Shown here: piece after piece, positions 47,501-48,134 of the stretch | How positions within the stretch are numbered: the first letter of the stretch is position 1 | Layout of the letters: each line of letters opens with the position of its first letter | NCBI GenBank assembly: GCA_003614675.1 | Contig: ML002281.1 | Coordinates: forward strand, 1-48,134 | Direction: 5' to 3' | DNA: 48,134 nt | DNA from: Dimargaris cristalligena | Taxonomy: Eukaryota | The notes under the pieces: generated by a model | Told to the model about the DNA's origin: nothing | The model's input: the letters and a program-made list of their open reading frames with translations, nothing else | The model's database searches: none | Translations under genes and position numbers: made by a program

Positions 47501-48134
47501 TAATGAACCGCCAATCACGTTGGATCAGATTGACAAATATCCGGATTGTCCAGCCCCTACTTTCGGCCCATTGGACCTTAAAAGCGAGGGTTGAGTAGTA
47601 GGTATTTGAGCAGTGTGAGTTCAGTTTAGCCGACCTGTCACTAGGACAGGCTATGGCTGATGAGGCTTTAAGGGAATAGATCGTGAACAATCAGGCGTAA
47701 TGAGAGTTGGAGCAGAGAAAGTTCCAATGCGATTGACACGATCCTTCGGAGCATCCTTCAAATATCTAAGCTAGACGCGCGCTTACCTCTCGTATAGTGC
47801 GGGAGTCAGATGATATAGGGGGGATCAGACGAGATTGTCCATAGTATCTCCCTACCCTTTTGCCTCTTTTACATAGGGATGATCATAACCCTAATCTGCT
47901 GTGATTGGCATTGATCACCCGGTATTACAAGGAACAACTCCAATTAGGCGGGCAATTCGTAAAGCACTAAACTTTTTCAAAACCCGGCTTTAAATGTCCT
48001 CTGCACATTAGTTAGTCATCGTCCATTTGGCTTAGAAGCAGACGAGGAGGGATGGAGGCAATCGTCAATCTAATCGTCATATTGATTTGTCATGGCATGC
48101 AATATTCCTTATGGCCCATGGAATCTGACCATCT

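Overview
Eukaryotic, fungal genomic DNA: GT-AG introns of about 130-390 nt, CTAAC-type branch points, and fungal-type GPAT, cyclin, Snz1, Rsm27 and Rtc5 proteins. An early-diverging lineage such as Zoopagomycota is my inference only. I reconstructed 13 protein-coding genes with frame-consistent exon structures: glycerol-3-phosphate acyltransferase, Pcl-type cyclin, LIN1/CD2BP2, Cln/CCN1-type G1 cyclin, SNZ1/PDX1, a Clr4/SUV39-like SET methyltransferase, RSM27, RTC5/MEAK7-like TLDc protein, a secreted class-3 lipase, an 8-exon coactosin, ISY1, CTP synthase and a ZIP zinc transporter. I found no tRNA, rRNA, intact transposon or CRISPR. The most interesting signals are: (1) a candidate [D1,2]/[A2,3] stwintron, or 6-nt microexon, in the spliced 5' leader of the Pcl cyclin; (2) a SET enzyme whose pre-SET zinc cluster is split by a 106-aa insert carrying an H3-like RKS motif, with Leu at the F/Y switch and no visible chromodomain; (3) long uORF-bearing leaders on both cyclins; (4) a ~44-aa insert in CTP synthase; (5) a C-terminally truncated Isy1. 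All splice models are read by eye and need RNA-seq confirmation.
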